A stretch of DNA of 64,000 nt from an uncultured Candidatus Saccharibacteria bacterium (GCA_964600985.1 CAZRJR010000001.1:45319-109318); one strand, 5' to 3'. Numbered from the stretch's first letter, positions 18,785 through 28,220 are shown. Notes: generated by a model from the sequence alone, not told the origin. A program made the numbers and translations.

Positions 18785-20482
18785 CTATTTTGTGGTGTTT
18801 GGGGTGGTATTCTCGAGCTTACCACTGAGGTCAATGAATTTGTACGGTTGCCACATGTTGTCTATGTAGTGGTTGTCGGGCAGCAGTGGCAAGTTGGTGC
18901 CAAAGTAGGTATTAAACACAGTGCGGAAGGAATTAACCGGTGATATAGTTGGGTAAATAACGCCGGATGGAGCGCCGGGCAAGTAGTAGGCGTTGAGTAT
19001 GCCGGTCTTTTGTTGCAATTCGCTACTAGTAGCTTTGTTCCAGTTAAAGCCCTTAGTGTTGCCATCAAAGCGCTTGGGGTATGGACCTTCGTCAGCCTGC
19101 AGGATAATAATTGGCTGCTTGTTGGGGTTACTGGTTAGCTGGTTAATGAGCTGAGTGACTTGATCATTGGTATACTTCATTTGTTCTATGTAGAGTTGCT
19201 TCTCACTCATAGCTTTACCACGCTGAGCTGGCGCGCCGTTGGCATTGAATACATACGGTGGGTGCGGTAGTAATATGTGAGCAAAGACCATCTTGGGGCC
19301 AGGCGACGGAGCGACGGTACTACGCAGCTGGGCAAGTTCGTATAGGGCACTTTGGGCATGCAGGCTCTGTGCTGGAATGGTGCGTGTGCTAAAAAGTGTA
19401 ACACCACCAAGTTTGTACGTGGCGCCCATATTAACTTGCAAGATACTGCGGCGTAGCAGAATCGACTGGAAGTCGGACACACTAAAGTTATGTCCGAACA
19501 ATGTGACGCCCCGAAACGAGTGTAGGCTAGTGTTGGCACCTGGATTAGAGCGGGTAGGGTCCCACCACGAACCGAGTTGTGTGTAGCTATAGCCTTGCGA
19601 CTTGGCGAAACTCGCCGCACCGTTAGCAAGGATCATACGCTGTGTGAGTTTGGTGGAACTAACGCTGACCTGATCTTTGGCGCTAAGCGTGGGTAAGTAT
19701 TGACCATTGAGTGACGATGCAACCGACTGCACAGTGTACGGGTAGTTAGAGTGGGCGTCGGTAAGTTGAAAACCTTTGGAACTCAGAAAGTTTATAAAGT
19801 CATCGTTGCTAAATCCGTATTGGGTCCGTAGCGTTTCTTGGCTGGCATAACGATCAAGGATAATGTAGTACATATCTGGCTTCTTAGCTGGGGCAGTGCT
19901 GGCCTTGGCACTGGCAAGCGGCGAGCTAATAGGCAGTGCATCGATGCGATAGTTCATTATATGGTAGTGGGCGATTGTGTAACACGTGTAGGCAAGGCTG
20001 GCGCCCATGAACACCGCCACCAGCCTTACCGGGGGCTGCCAGCTTTTAGTCGAACGGCGCATGACGTTGGTAAGCAACACAGCAAATACAATGCAGTACA
20101 GTATGATTATTCTGCTGGTGTGGAAGACTGGATTGCCCAAACCAATGGCCGAGAGCACATCGGTAATGTTGTCCTGGAGTGGTATAAAGGTAAGGATTAT
20201 GAGGAGTAGAGCGCTCGCAAGCAAACTAGCTTTGTACACGTGTCGTAGCAACAACCAGCTAAGGCCGAATAGAAGCACTGCTAGACCAAGGTTACATAAA
20301 AGTGGAACCGCCAGCTGACTAAAGTGCAGTTGACTTTGGTTTACGGCGAACATGGAGACAACGGGCCAAGCCGCGCAGAATATGAGCAAGGCAGCAGCTG
20401 GTAGGTTGCGTAGCAATGCAGATTTAGATAGTTTGCGCGGAGCAGTAAGTGGTTTTTTACTCGGCGGCTGTCGGTGTTTCAC
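18785..20482 (-). CDS. Membrane sulfatase/LTA-synthase-like protein
   Basis: About 5 TMs, then PDMYYIILDRY, SNYPYT..S, HILLPHPPYVF, IILQADEG. Confidence 0.8.
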   Translation of the reverse strand: MKHRQPPSKKPLTAPRKLSKSALLRNLPAAALLIFCAAWPVVSMFAVNQSQLHFSQLAVPLLCNLGLAVLLFGLSWLLLRHVYKASLLASALLLIILTFIPLQDNITDVLSAIGLGNPVFHTSRIIILYCIVFAVLLTNVMRRSTKSWQPPVRLVAVFMGASLAYTCYTIAHYHIMNYRIDALPISSPLASAKASTAPAKKPDMYYIILDRYASQETLRTQYGFSNDDFINFLSSKGFQLTDAHSNYPYTVQSVASSLNGQYLPTLSAKDQVSVSSTKLTQRMILANGAASFAKSQGYSYTQLGSWWDPTRSNPGANTSLHSFRGVTLFGHNFSVSDFQSILLRRSILQVNMGATYKLGGVTLFSTRTIPAQSLHAQSALYELAQLRSTVAPSPGPKMVFAHILLPHPPYVFNANGAPAQRGKAMSEKQLYIEQMKYTNDQVTQLINQLTSNPNKQPIIILQADEGPYPKRFDGNTKGFNWNKATSSELQQKTGILNAYYLPGAPSGVIYPTISPVNSFRTVFNTYFGTNLPLLPDNHYIDNMWQPYKFIDLSGKLENTTPNTTK

Positions 20483-21891
20483 GCTCGACTCTTCATGAGG
20501 TACATAGTGCGCTTAGAGCCTTTGATCGGCGTGGTCTCAATTATAGTAAAGAAGCGCTTAAACGCAGTTTCAAAGCCTGCTGCATCATAGTCGCCAAACA
20601 CATCCTCGCGACTCATGAGTAAGCGCTTAACCATACTATCTTGTTTGGGTACAAATTCGATAATAAGGTATTTACCAAGGCTGCGAAAGTATTCTGCTAC
20701 GTGCCCAAAGGGTACGTTATTACCAATGGTCAGGTGGTGGATCAGTGCAAGCGCCATGAGAGTATCGGCTGGTCCACGCTGGGCAAGCGAACTACGCTCT
20801 TGGCCCGCCCAGCCAATGCCCGAGCTAGGGTTGGTAAGGTCTACGAGCAGGGGTAGGAGCTTGGTGTTGCTTTCTGACTTGGCATGGAGATAGTTGTGCT
20901 CTATGGCGATAGGGTCGTCGTCAAAGCAGAGCGTGGTTCGATTCCGGGCACTTGCTAGGCGACTAAACACACCGCTATTGCCGCCCAAGTCCCATACTTG
21001 CTTAGCGCGAGTGCGCTCCAGGTAGCGTTCAACAATTGCCTTTTTGTCATTAAAGCTGGCTTTGGTGTAGCTGTGCTTGTCGTAGTAGTCCCCCCAAGTA
21101 GTTTGCTCGCCCTTAGGCTGCCATTTAAGTGAGTTTATGGCGCTCTCTAGACTATGAATGAGGGCGAGCATGCCCTGACGAGACAACTTGGCGGCACTTG
21201 GCTTGTTGTTCGGCGTATTGTTGCCGGCATGCTTAGCCTGCGAGCGAGCATGCAGGTGAATGTGCAGGGCTGTACTTGGCTTAATCCGACTACTGGCTCC
21301 AAGTAGCTTACTGGCTAAATCAAGCGGGACTCCGTCGATATACACGCGCAGGAGTTGGCTGAGCCGAACATCACGCTGTGCCATAAGGGCAAGTGGTGCC
21401 AGGAAGTGCTGGCAGAATTGCTTATATGCCACCCAGGGTTTGCCCTCTTGGTAGGCTTCGAATGACAGCGTGTCAATCATGGTCGGTAGGCCATCGATGA
21501 ACTGAATGTTGTAAGCACTGGCATCCTTGAGGCTCATGCCATGTTCGAGTGCAACTTTTTGTATGTTCAAGGTTGCAAGTGCGGCGTCCTTAAGCTGGCT
21601 AAAGCTCCATTCGTATGGGTAGGAAATAAACTCAACCAAGCTGGGTTTAATGATTTTGTAGACTACCCCACTGTCCTGGGGTGAGGCTGGCTGCTGGTTT
21701 GCATCCATTTCTTTGTGAGCAACGAGGAGCTTGGCTTCGGTGAGCTTATGGTAGAGTCCCGAACTCATCAGGAGTTCATAATCTGCTCTGCACACTTGAT
21801 TGATTTGCCGGTACACCGCGCCGTTATGACTAAACACAAACCCACTTGGGTCGCGAAACGAAGCTGGGTTGGTGTGGATTGCTTCGGTCAT
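20479..21891 (-). CDS. SAM-dependent methyltransferase, NoeA-like
   Basis: SFRDPSGFV, ISYPYEWSF, LKDASAYNIQF, DLGGNSG, ALALIHHL, IIEFVPKQD. Confidence 0.85.
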   Translation of the reverse strand: MTEAIHTNPASFRDPSGFVFSHNGAVYRQINQVCRADYELLMSSGLYHKLTEAKLLVAHKEMDANQQPASPQDSGVVYKIIKPSLVEFISYPYEWSFSQLKDAALATLNIQKVALEHGMSLKDASAYNIQFIDGLPTMIDTLSFEAYQEGKPWVAYKQFCQHFLAPLALMAQRDVRLSQLLRVYIDGVPLDLASKLLGASSRIKPSTALHIHLHARSQAKHAGNNTPNNKPSAAKLSRQGMLALIHSLESAINSLKWQPKGEQTTWGDYYDKHSYTKASFNDKKAIVERYLERTRAKQVWDLGGNSGVFSRLASARNRTTLCFDDDPIAIEHNYLHAKSESNTKLLPLLVDLTNPSSGIGWAGQERSSLAQRGPADTLMALALIHHLTIGNNVPFGHVAEYFRSLGKYLIIEFVPKQDSMVKRLLMSREDVFGDYDAAGFETAFKRFFTIIETTPIKGSKRTMYLMKSRA

Positions 21892-21893
21892 AC

Positions 21894-22169
21894 CTACGAG
21901 CTTTTTTGGACTGATTGCTTAGTTTCTTTAGTGGGTGATTCTGGGCCGGCTTTAGCTTTTTTGTGAAAGATTCCGCCGAAGAATGCACTGATTTGCTTCC
22001 AGAAAACTTTTACAAGGTACGATACGGTGGCCAAGGCGGCGATTACGATCTGTACAATACTCGATCCCATACCCGGGTCGAGGTAAGCGTGGGCTGGTTT
22101 TGGCACAACTTGCCACAGGATTAAACTTAGTATAAAAAGGTGCGACGCAAAGACTAAAATTCGTTTCAT
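21894..22169 (-). CDS. Small membrane protein (AYLDPG type)
   Basis: PAHAYLDPGMGSSIVQ motif; first gene of the triad with the methyltransferase and sulfatase. Confidence 0.7.
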   Translation of the reverse strand: MKRILVFASHLFILSLILWQVVPKPAHAYLDPGMGSSIVQIVIAALATVSYLVKVFWKQISAFFGGIFHKKAKAGPESPTKETKQSVQKSS

Positions 22170-22291
22170 AGTGATTCCATTTAGGTTTTTATAATTATGG
22201 ACCAAGTCGCGATTGACTTACGAGGAGGGAGAAATAGCAAATTCCTTCTTACTATTGTAGACCACTCCAGCTGAAGATCAACTTAACTGGG

Positions 22292-23689
22292 CTACGAAGG
22301 GGGCGTATAGCGGGGGCCATCGCCAACCGAGAAGATCCGCGGACTATCGCCATCGGGGAGATTGATGAGAGTTACATGGCGCCCATTCTCATACCCGCCA
22401 GCGTGGAGAAGTGCGGGGTGATAGATGGCGCCACTCTCAAAGTCATATTCGCCATCCGGCGTGTTTGGTGGGGGGCAGTTACCTACTCGAATAGCGAATT
22501 TAGATCCAGAAACGGCTTCTTGAGTTAAGTTTGAGCCGTAGAGGCCAACTGGACCATTGACGCCGCGATAGCACCACATCCACACATCGTCTCTAAGTAG
22601 GCTGAGTGTTGCAGCTACGCTCCCTACATTATTGCCGTCGTTCCAGCCCGCACCGTAGCCAAATATCTCATCGATTTGCCAGGCGGAACCATTCCACCAC
22701 ACATGGTTATGGCGTGTATCGTGCGACAGTGAGGGAATGGTTGAACTATCGTTAGCCCCTGAGCCTGTCGCTATGAAGTGAAAGTGCCCATCCTTATCTA
22801 CACACCTGCCACCCGCCGTGGCTCCACCGATACTAACTCCACCTACTTTAATCGCGGCTGCGCCAACGCCAGCTACACCATCGAGCGTAGTACGGTAGGT
22901 AAATGGTGCGGTAACTGCTTCACCCAATACATTCTCCCAGGTACTACCCTTGTCGTGGCTGCGCACATAAAAGTATTCGGACATGGTGGAAGGTGTGCTG
23001 GTCGACATACGCCATACATATACACAGTGCAATGTGTCTTGGAGATCTACGAACGAATGAAGTAAATAGGCGCGGTCAGGAATATCGTCAGTGTCGGCTG
23101 CGTTATCCACGCCTAGATTTGGCGTAGTCATAATTTCGCCCGTGCCCACACAGGGCTGCCAAGTATCTCCAGGATTTGGTCCGAGTCGCCACATAGTCTG
23201 GTCGCGACCAACCGGGTTGGCAGTATCTGACTGATCCTGGTGCCATATGAGCGTGCCATCCGAGAACACCTCGTAAGCCTGGTAGGTAGTATAATTAGCG
23301 CCCGAGGTAAGCCAGTTAGCTGGGTTTGGTGCTTGGGCCCAGCTGGATATGTTATGCGGGCTCGTTGATTTTATGTACTTCATGGGTTGCTGGTGGCCGT
23401 TTCCGGATATGTGTATGTAGCCCTGGGCATCTACTGCTAAAGCTGCCGCGAAGTGTGAGTCCGAAACTTCAATTGGCCCAAAGGTAGCCGAGGCGGTTCC
23501 TGGCGTAGCTACATTGGTTACGTCTACGGTTGTCCACGAGGTACTGGTGCGCGGCCGTTGACAAACCAATAGCCGCCAGTCAACAGTAGTAACCAGGCAG
23601 TACTCGTAGTTGGCGGTGCGCCAAACGGTCGGCCAAGCCGAGGCAGTACCGTTGCGAGCGTTGCCGAGGGCTGTTGCGTAGCCAGCCAT
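22292..23689 (-). CDS. BNR-4 repeat beta-propeller protein
   Basis: DSH...LAVDAQGYIHISGNGH..MKY and SHDKGSTW Asp-box. Confidence 0.75.
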   Translation of the reverse strand: MAGYATALGNARNGTASAWPTVWRTANYEYCLVTTVDWRLLVCQRPRTSTSWTTVDVTNVATPGTASATFGPIEVSDSHFAAALAVDAQGYIHISGNGHQQPMKYIKSTSPHNISSWAQAPNPANWLTSGANYTTYQAYEVFSDGTLIWHQDQSDTANPVGRDQTMWRLGPNPGDTWQPCVGTGEIMTTPNLGVDNAADTDDIPDRAYLLHSFVDLQDTLHCVYVWRMSTSTPSTMSEYFYVRSHDKGSTWENVLGEAVTAPFTYRTTLDGVAGVGAAAIKVGGVSIGGATAGGRCVDKDGHFHFIATGSGANDSSTIPSLSHDTRHNHVWWNGSAWQIDEIFGYGAGWNDGNNVGSVAATLSLLRDDVWMWCYRGVNGPVGLYGSNLTQEAVSGSKFAIRVGNCPPPNTPDGEYDFESGAIYHPALLHAGGYENGRHVTLINLPDGDSPRIFSVGDGPRYTPPS

Positions 23690-23694
23690 GTGGC

Positions 23695-25074
23695 CTACGC
23701 CCTATGAAGCTTTACTACTGCCGAATTGAGTACCATGTCTATCTGTGCGCCAGTCGTAGAGAAGGTGGTATAGGCACGAATAGTGTGAGTTCCCGATTGA
23801 TCAATGCTCGATGTTGCCGAGCCGACCGATGTAGTACCGGTGACCGCCCATCCAGCAGTTGAACCGTTGGAGAGGTGGAAGATGCCCGAACTTGATTGTG
23901 TGCTAAGGCTCGAACCGATTACTATTTCGATAGCAGCACGCCATTTGCGTCGATCGGCATTGGCGGCTACACTCGTCATGGTATCAGTCATAACAAGCGT
24001 GTCGGCAATGTAGAGTCGAAAACCAAGATCTATGGCAGAACCCGAATCATTGTTAAATGTACCGGCTAAGGTGAGTTCAATTACATCACCAGTTTGTAGC
24101 TTTCCACTCGCGACTGAGTATGAGTACAGGTCACCATTAGAGGTGACAGTGCTTGGTGTGGCGCTGGAATCGAGTACATGGGTACCGCTCGAATCTACAT
24201 ACGACTTGGTGGTAACGTCGTTTGCATCCACGGGTGTAGCGGCCGATAGTATGGTGAAACGACCAGTTGCCGAGGAGCTCATAAACGCCGAGCCGTTAGC
24301 TGTGGTTATGCCTAGTCCTGGTGTTCCAAATGCGTTACCAAGCCCTGCGTAGTAGCCTGTGGGTACATCGGTAGGGTAGGCTAGTACCGAGCCTGCTCCA
24401 ACTGTAACCACTCCATTACCACTGGGGTCTACAGTGAGGTTACCCGTCATGGTGCCGCCAGACTTTTGAAGACTCGACGTGAACTCAGACTCATTCACAC
24501 TAATGGTAGATATACCAGTAACTGGTGCAGATATGTCTATGCCGGCACCCGCTACGAGCTCTGGCGCACCGAGCTGCGAGTTTACATATTGCTTGGTGGT
24601 GGCGTCGGTGGCATTAACTGGTTCGGGTACGGTAACTGTGCCGGTAAAGGTGGGGCTTGCTAGGGGGGCTTTGCTGGCTAGATCACTGGTAAGGTTGGCT
24701 ATCTTGGACTGAGCAATCGCCGCACTACTGTTTACGTTGGCATCCACAATTGCATTGGCTGCTATTTGCGGACTGTCCGCAGTGCCGGCTAAGTCGCCTG
24801 CCAATTGAATCTTGCCCTTCGAGGAGGTAGTGGCATCGGCCACTCCCGAGGAAACAAGCCCATCGGCGTAGGCTTTGGTAACGGCCTGATTGGCACTGGT
24901 GGGTGTAGGTACAGTTACACTACCGGTAAAAGTAGGGTTGGCAAGCGGCGCATAGCTAGCCAGCGTACCACCCGACTTAAGCGTACCGTCGCTATTATGC
25001 TCTACGCCAAGGTACTCATTAAGGACTTCTCCCCAAGTGCCTTTGTCGCCTCCTGGCTGCGGTAACCGTGCCAA
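23695..25074 (-). CDS. Surface fibre protein, paralogous N-terminus to 2230..4128
   Basis: (TTG)ARLPQPGGDKGTWGEVLNEYLGVEHNSDGTLK, repeated APLASPTFTGTVTVP and DATTKxYV; GGAGG before the TTG. Confidence 0.75.
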   Translation of the reverse strand: MARLPQPGGDKGTWGEVLNEYLGVEHNSDGTLKSGGTLASYAPLANPTFTGSVTVPTPTSANQAVTKAYADGLVSSGVADATTSSKGKIQLAGDLAGTADSPQIAANAIVDANVNSSAAIAQSKIANLTSDLASKAPLASPTFTGTVTVPEPVNATDATTKQYVNSQLGAPELVAGAGIDISAPVTGISTISVNESEFTSSLQKSGGTMTGNLTVDPSGNGVVTVGAGSVLAYPTDVPTGYYAGLGNAFGTPGLGITTANGSAFMSSSATGRFTILSAATPVDANDVTTKSYVDSSGTHVLDSSATPSTVTSNGDLYSYSVASGKLQTGDVIELTLAGTFNNDSGSAIDLGFRLYIADTLVMTDTMTSVAANADRRKWRAAIEIVIGSSLSTQSSSGIFHLSNGSTAGWAVTGTTSVGSATSSIDQSGTHTIRAYTTFSTTGAQIDMVLNSAVVKLHRA

Positions 25075-25219
25075 CTCCACCTCCATTTACCAAACGTGTA
25101 TTACGCTTATGATATCATGTTGCTTTCTACTAAGGAAGCCTGGCATTAACCTGTTACTTTTGTACTGTTTTTGTTATGCTTAAGCTAATTCAAGTAATAC
25201 GCAGGAGTAGGTGGAGAGA

Positions 25220-25555
25220 ATGAAGCGGGTAGGGCAGATTCTAGGAATATTGGTTGCTAGTTTGGTGCTATGCTCCTGGTGTGCAGTGCCAACTGCAGCG
25301 CGGGCCGACAATAGCTATTCGTGTGGCACCTATAGCGCGGGCGATTACCAAGCTGGCTCGTGCGATGCGGGTGTTGTGGACCAGGTGACCCAGCCAATTA
25401 CGAACTTTATAAACAACACACTACCGGCAACTGGTACCACCATTCCGGTATTTATAGGTGCAGCCGTAGTCACACTCGGCGGGCTTGGGGTGTATCTGGT
25501 TCTCAAAAGGCGTCGTAAGAATTCTGAGCAGGAAAACGTTTCAATTGAGGGTTAG
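25220..25555 (+). CDS. Small secreted protein with LPXTG-like sorting signal
   Basis: Signal peptide, two Cys, LPATG, hydrophobic helix, KRRRK. Confidence 0.7.
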   Translation: MKRVGQILGILVASLVLCSWCAVPTAARADNSYSCGTYSAGDYQAGSCDAGVVDQVTQPITNFINNTLPATGTTIPVFIGAAVVTLGGLGVYLVLKRRRKNSEQENVSIEG

Positions 25556-25616
25556 CAACTTAGAGGGTGGGTCATATGGGGTTGAGCCGAAACAGCTTAC
25601 TGTGTGAGATGGTGGC

Positions 25617-26145
25617 CTAGTTATGGATATTAGTAAAGCCTAGTTTGTTCTCTAGATAGACAACTGTTGGGAGATTAAGGAGATGGAACTTCACGCCAAA
25701 AGACGATAGTTTATATCCAATCTCTGGGTTAACTCCACGATCCACAGAGACTAGGTTAAAAGATTTGTCCTCGTACTTCTTCAAAAAAGTCTCGATACTA
25801 TCAAATAGTACTAACTCAACATGCTCTAGACCTTCTTTAACCTCTCTTCCAGGATTTGGGGCTGGTAATTCAATCGTATCTATTCTCCATTTCTCATGGT
25901 AAATGGGAGAATCCAGTCGAAATGTAGCAATGGGTCTGCCGTTAATTATTAACCTCTCCCAGCAACTCAGCTACAAGGGCCAGATCGGCCTTCTTCTGTT
26001 CATAGTTCTTCATAGAATGTGTCCTGTAGCATATATGATCCATCTGAACAAAGTCGGCCATATCAAAGCCTTCGGCCTCTATTTCGGCGGTAATATCCTT
26101 CAGGAATACTTTGTAATCACCAACAATCTTTTTGAGTTCATTCAT
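25617..26145 (-). pseudogene. yecM: YecM-like VOC family protein with +1 frameshift
   Basis: DHICYRT...GEVN, one extra A near 25945, then INGRPIATFRL..IELPAP..GLEHVELV..GVKFH to stop at 25617. Confidence 0.8.
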
Positions 26146-26202
26146 ACTTTAATCCTAACACAAAAGACTCCTCTCAAAGTCTTTTGTTGGCAATTACTAC
26201 AT

Positions 26203-26230
26203 TGGTGATCCTAATGACTGAAATCTCGAA
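26203..26230. repeat. Degenerate tRNA-Glu 3'-end remnant
   Basis: tggtgatcc...tcgaac, with hairpin aaagact..agtcttt at 26162-26183 beside it. Confidence 0.45.
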
Positions 26231-26280
26231 CTTCAAGGACAGTTTGAGGATCTTAACTGCGAAACCCTAGAAACGACAAA

Positions 26281-26309
26281 GCCGACTGACGCGCGAGGCG
26301 CCAATCGGC
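26281..26309 (-). terminator. Hairpin downstream of cassette B
   Basis: gccga..cgc/gcg..tcggc, followed on the minus strand by tttgtcgttt. Confidence 0.55.
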
Positions 26310-26333
26310 AATGCCAGTTCGGTACTCCGATGT

Positions 26334-26843
26334 TCAGTACGACCAGTAGTCGCCGTAGTCGGAGAACGGGTCGTCGTAGTCGTAGCGACGGTGGCCGACG
26401 TCGACGAGGCTGAAGGCGAAGTCGCCTTCGTCATCAGACTCCATCTCGCGAGCGGAGGCCTCATCGTCTCGACACCACCAGCAGAGCTTCTCGCCACCAC
26501 AGGTGATGTACCAGGTCTCGGCGTCCTCATCGAACACCAGGTGATGCAGGCGCTCGTCCTCGAGGACCTGCATCCGGAAGAGGCGCCGACCGAGCTCGTC
26601 GTGGGTGCGGTAGTCGTCGACGTGGATGCCGAGATCGAAACGCACGGTGACCAGGGCCTTCTTGCCGGGGGTGAACGAGACACCGGGGCCGTTGAACGGG
26701 CCGTAGGGTCCTGGGATCGGCAGCACATCGACGAGTGTGCGGTCGAGGATCTGGAGGGTGACGTTGACCTGGCGCTCAGCGGCGAGCAGCAGGTCTTTCG
26801 AGGTGCCCTCGTACTCGATGGACATGTTTTCCAGGAGGCACAT
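26334..26843 (-). CDS. GC-rich acidic orphan protein (cassette B)
   Basis: GAAAGGGA SD before ATG 26843; line 26401-26460 is 38/60 G+C. Confidence 0.7.
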   Translation of the reverse strand: MCLLENMSIEYEGTSKDLLLAAERQVNVTLQILDRTLVDVLPIPGPYGPFNGPGVSFTPGKKALVTVRFDLGIHVDDYRTHDELGRRLFRMQVLEDERLHHLVFDEDAETWYITCGGEKLCWWCRDDEASAREMESDDEGDFAFSLVDVGHRRYDYDDPFSDYGDYWSY

Positions 26844-26905
26844 GGCCGTCCCTTTCATGATCGTCTTGGATGGGTGCGAACTGACAGAACTTAACGTTCG
26901 TCGTA

Positions 26906-26934
26906 ATAATAGCATAAAAATAATAAATTGTCAA
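26906..26934 (-). promoter_or_regulatory. Promoter TTGACA-17-(TG)TATTAT
   Basis: Near-consensus, read directly. Confidence 0.8.
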
Positions 26935-26937
26935 GAC

Positions 26938-26956
26938 TGGTGATCCCGCGGGGAAT
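26938..26956. repeat. 19-bp duplication of tRNA-Glu 3' end (att-like)
   Basis: tggtgatcccgcggggaat is identical to 27103-27121. Confidence 0.85.
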
Positions 26957-27102
26957 ACTAGATGTATAACCATCGTCATTCGTTAAGCCCAAAAGCAAGC
27001 TTTCGGCTTTGTCTCACTCCTCGATTATCGAACCCCTTCGGTGCTCAGTCGCCAACGCAACTACCATACAAAAAGCCCGAGCATAGGCTCAGGCACTTTG
27101 TA

Positions 27103-27177
27103 TGGTGATCCCGCGGGGAATCGAACCCCGATTGCCAGGATGAAAACCTGGTGTCCTAACCGTTAGACGACGGGACC
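27103..27177 (-). tRNA. tRNA-Glu(UUC)
   Basis: GGTCCCGTCGTCTAACGGTTAGGACA-CCAGG-TT-TTC-AT-CCTGG..GGTTCGATTCCC..GATCACCA. Confidence 0.96.
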
Positions 27178-27384
27178 TCGTCCAAGCATGAACTTTAGCT
27201 TCTCGTCTCGCAGTATGCAAGCCTGTCAGCTGCCGTCATGCTTCTCCACTCGATTTTGTAAACAGCTTCTAGCGTCGCTTCGGTTCACAAAATCGGTTAA
27301 GGTCTAAAACAGACAAATTAACCATGTAATAGTAGCATTTTAGTACCTAAGTTTCAAGGTGGCAGGCGCCCATAAAACGAAAGA

Positions 27385-27608
27385 ACCCCACGGATTCTAT
27401 CCGTAGGGTATGTATGGTGTCCGCCTGGGGCGAGACCCGGGTGTGAACGATGTGTTCTGCCCGGGTCTCGCCCGACCCGCTCTCCGTGGTGTGGAGAACG
27501 TGGGGCTCCCCCTGTCCGGTGGAGGGAGGACCGCTTGGCGTGCGCCAAGCCGGGGGAGCCCCGAAGGTGGCCGGTCGCAACTGGGGCGGGCAGCCAGCGC
27601 GACCGGCC
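27385..27608 (-). ncRNA. Five-hairpin structured 3' region / candidate RNA
   Basis: Stems at 27569-27608, 27502-27562, 27478-27500, 27428-27473 and 27385-27409. Confidence 0.55.
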
Positions 27609-27624
27609 GATCTTGGCGGCTTGT

Positions 27625-28107
27625 TCAGCCGCCGTCGACCGGTTGGCCGACGCTCACCTCATTGGTCGAGGTGTCCACCACCTTGCACTTCACACCCTTG
27701 GTGTACGGGGTGGCGTGCTTGGCGTCCGGCGGCAGGATCTGGGCCTGTCGGCACGTTGTGACGACCGTGTGGCCATCCGTGGTCTTCACCACCTTCCCGT
27801 GGGTAACCATCACGTGGTCGCATCTGTTGCCATCCGCGAAGGTCGCGTCGAGGTTCAGGCTGTGCGCCTTCATGTAGGCGCGGTAGCCAGCCTTGATGGC
27901 ATCCTGCTGCCCCTGGCACTTGCCGGCGTTGTAGCCGTGGTTGAAGCCATCCTCGTAGCGGTGGGTGTGATACTGGGAGGCCCAGTAACACATTCCGGCG
28001 ATGATCGCCAAGCTGATCACAAGGATCGGCACGGCGGGGATGTAGGGGCGACTGCCAGTCACCCCATCGGTGCCCTTGCGGGCGGTGTCTGGTGTGGGGG
28101 AGGCCAT
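27625..28107 (-). CDS. GC-rich single-TM orphan protein (cassette C)
   Basis: AGGAGG at 28114-28119, TM PAVPILVISLAIIAGM, YEDGFNHGYNAG repeat, Cys-containing ectodomain. Confidence 0.7.
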   Translation of the reverse strand: MASPTPDTARKGTDGVTGSRPYIPAVPILVISLAIIAGMCYWASQYHTHRYEDGFNHGYNAGKCQGQQDAIKAGYRAYMKAHSLNLDATFADGNRCDHVMVTHGKVVKTTDGHTVVTTCRQAQILPPDAKHATPYTKGVKCKVVDTSTNEVSVGQPVDGG

Positions 28108-28164
28108 GCCGCCCCTCCTTTCTGAGGTGCGTTCGTGATCCGGTTGATCACGAAAAGTGAAGCT

Positions 28165-28193
28165 ATAATATCAGAAAGATAGCATTAAGTCAA
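28165..28193 (-). promoter_or_regulatory. Promoter TTGACT-17-(TG)TATTAT
   Basis: Read directly. Confidence 0.75.
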
Positions 28194-28220
28194 TACTCTT
28201 ATGGGGCTTAGAACAGAGAA

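Noticed and set aside
26267-28125. Long overlapping ORFs (26391..26894+, 26267..26728-, 27410..27877+, 27535..28125+, 27347..27580-)
   Set aside because: Expected in GC-rich DNA. Promoter, SD and terminator support only the chosen minus-strand frames.
16231-28136. 13-bp match gaggtgcgttcgt near 16231 and 28124
   Set aside because: Matches of this length are expected by chance in 64 kb, and the flanks are unrelated.
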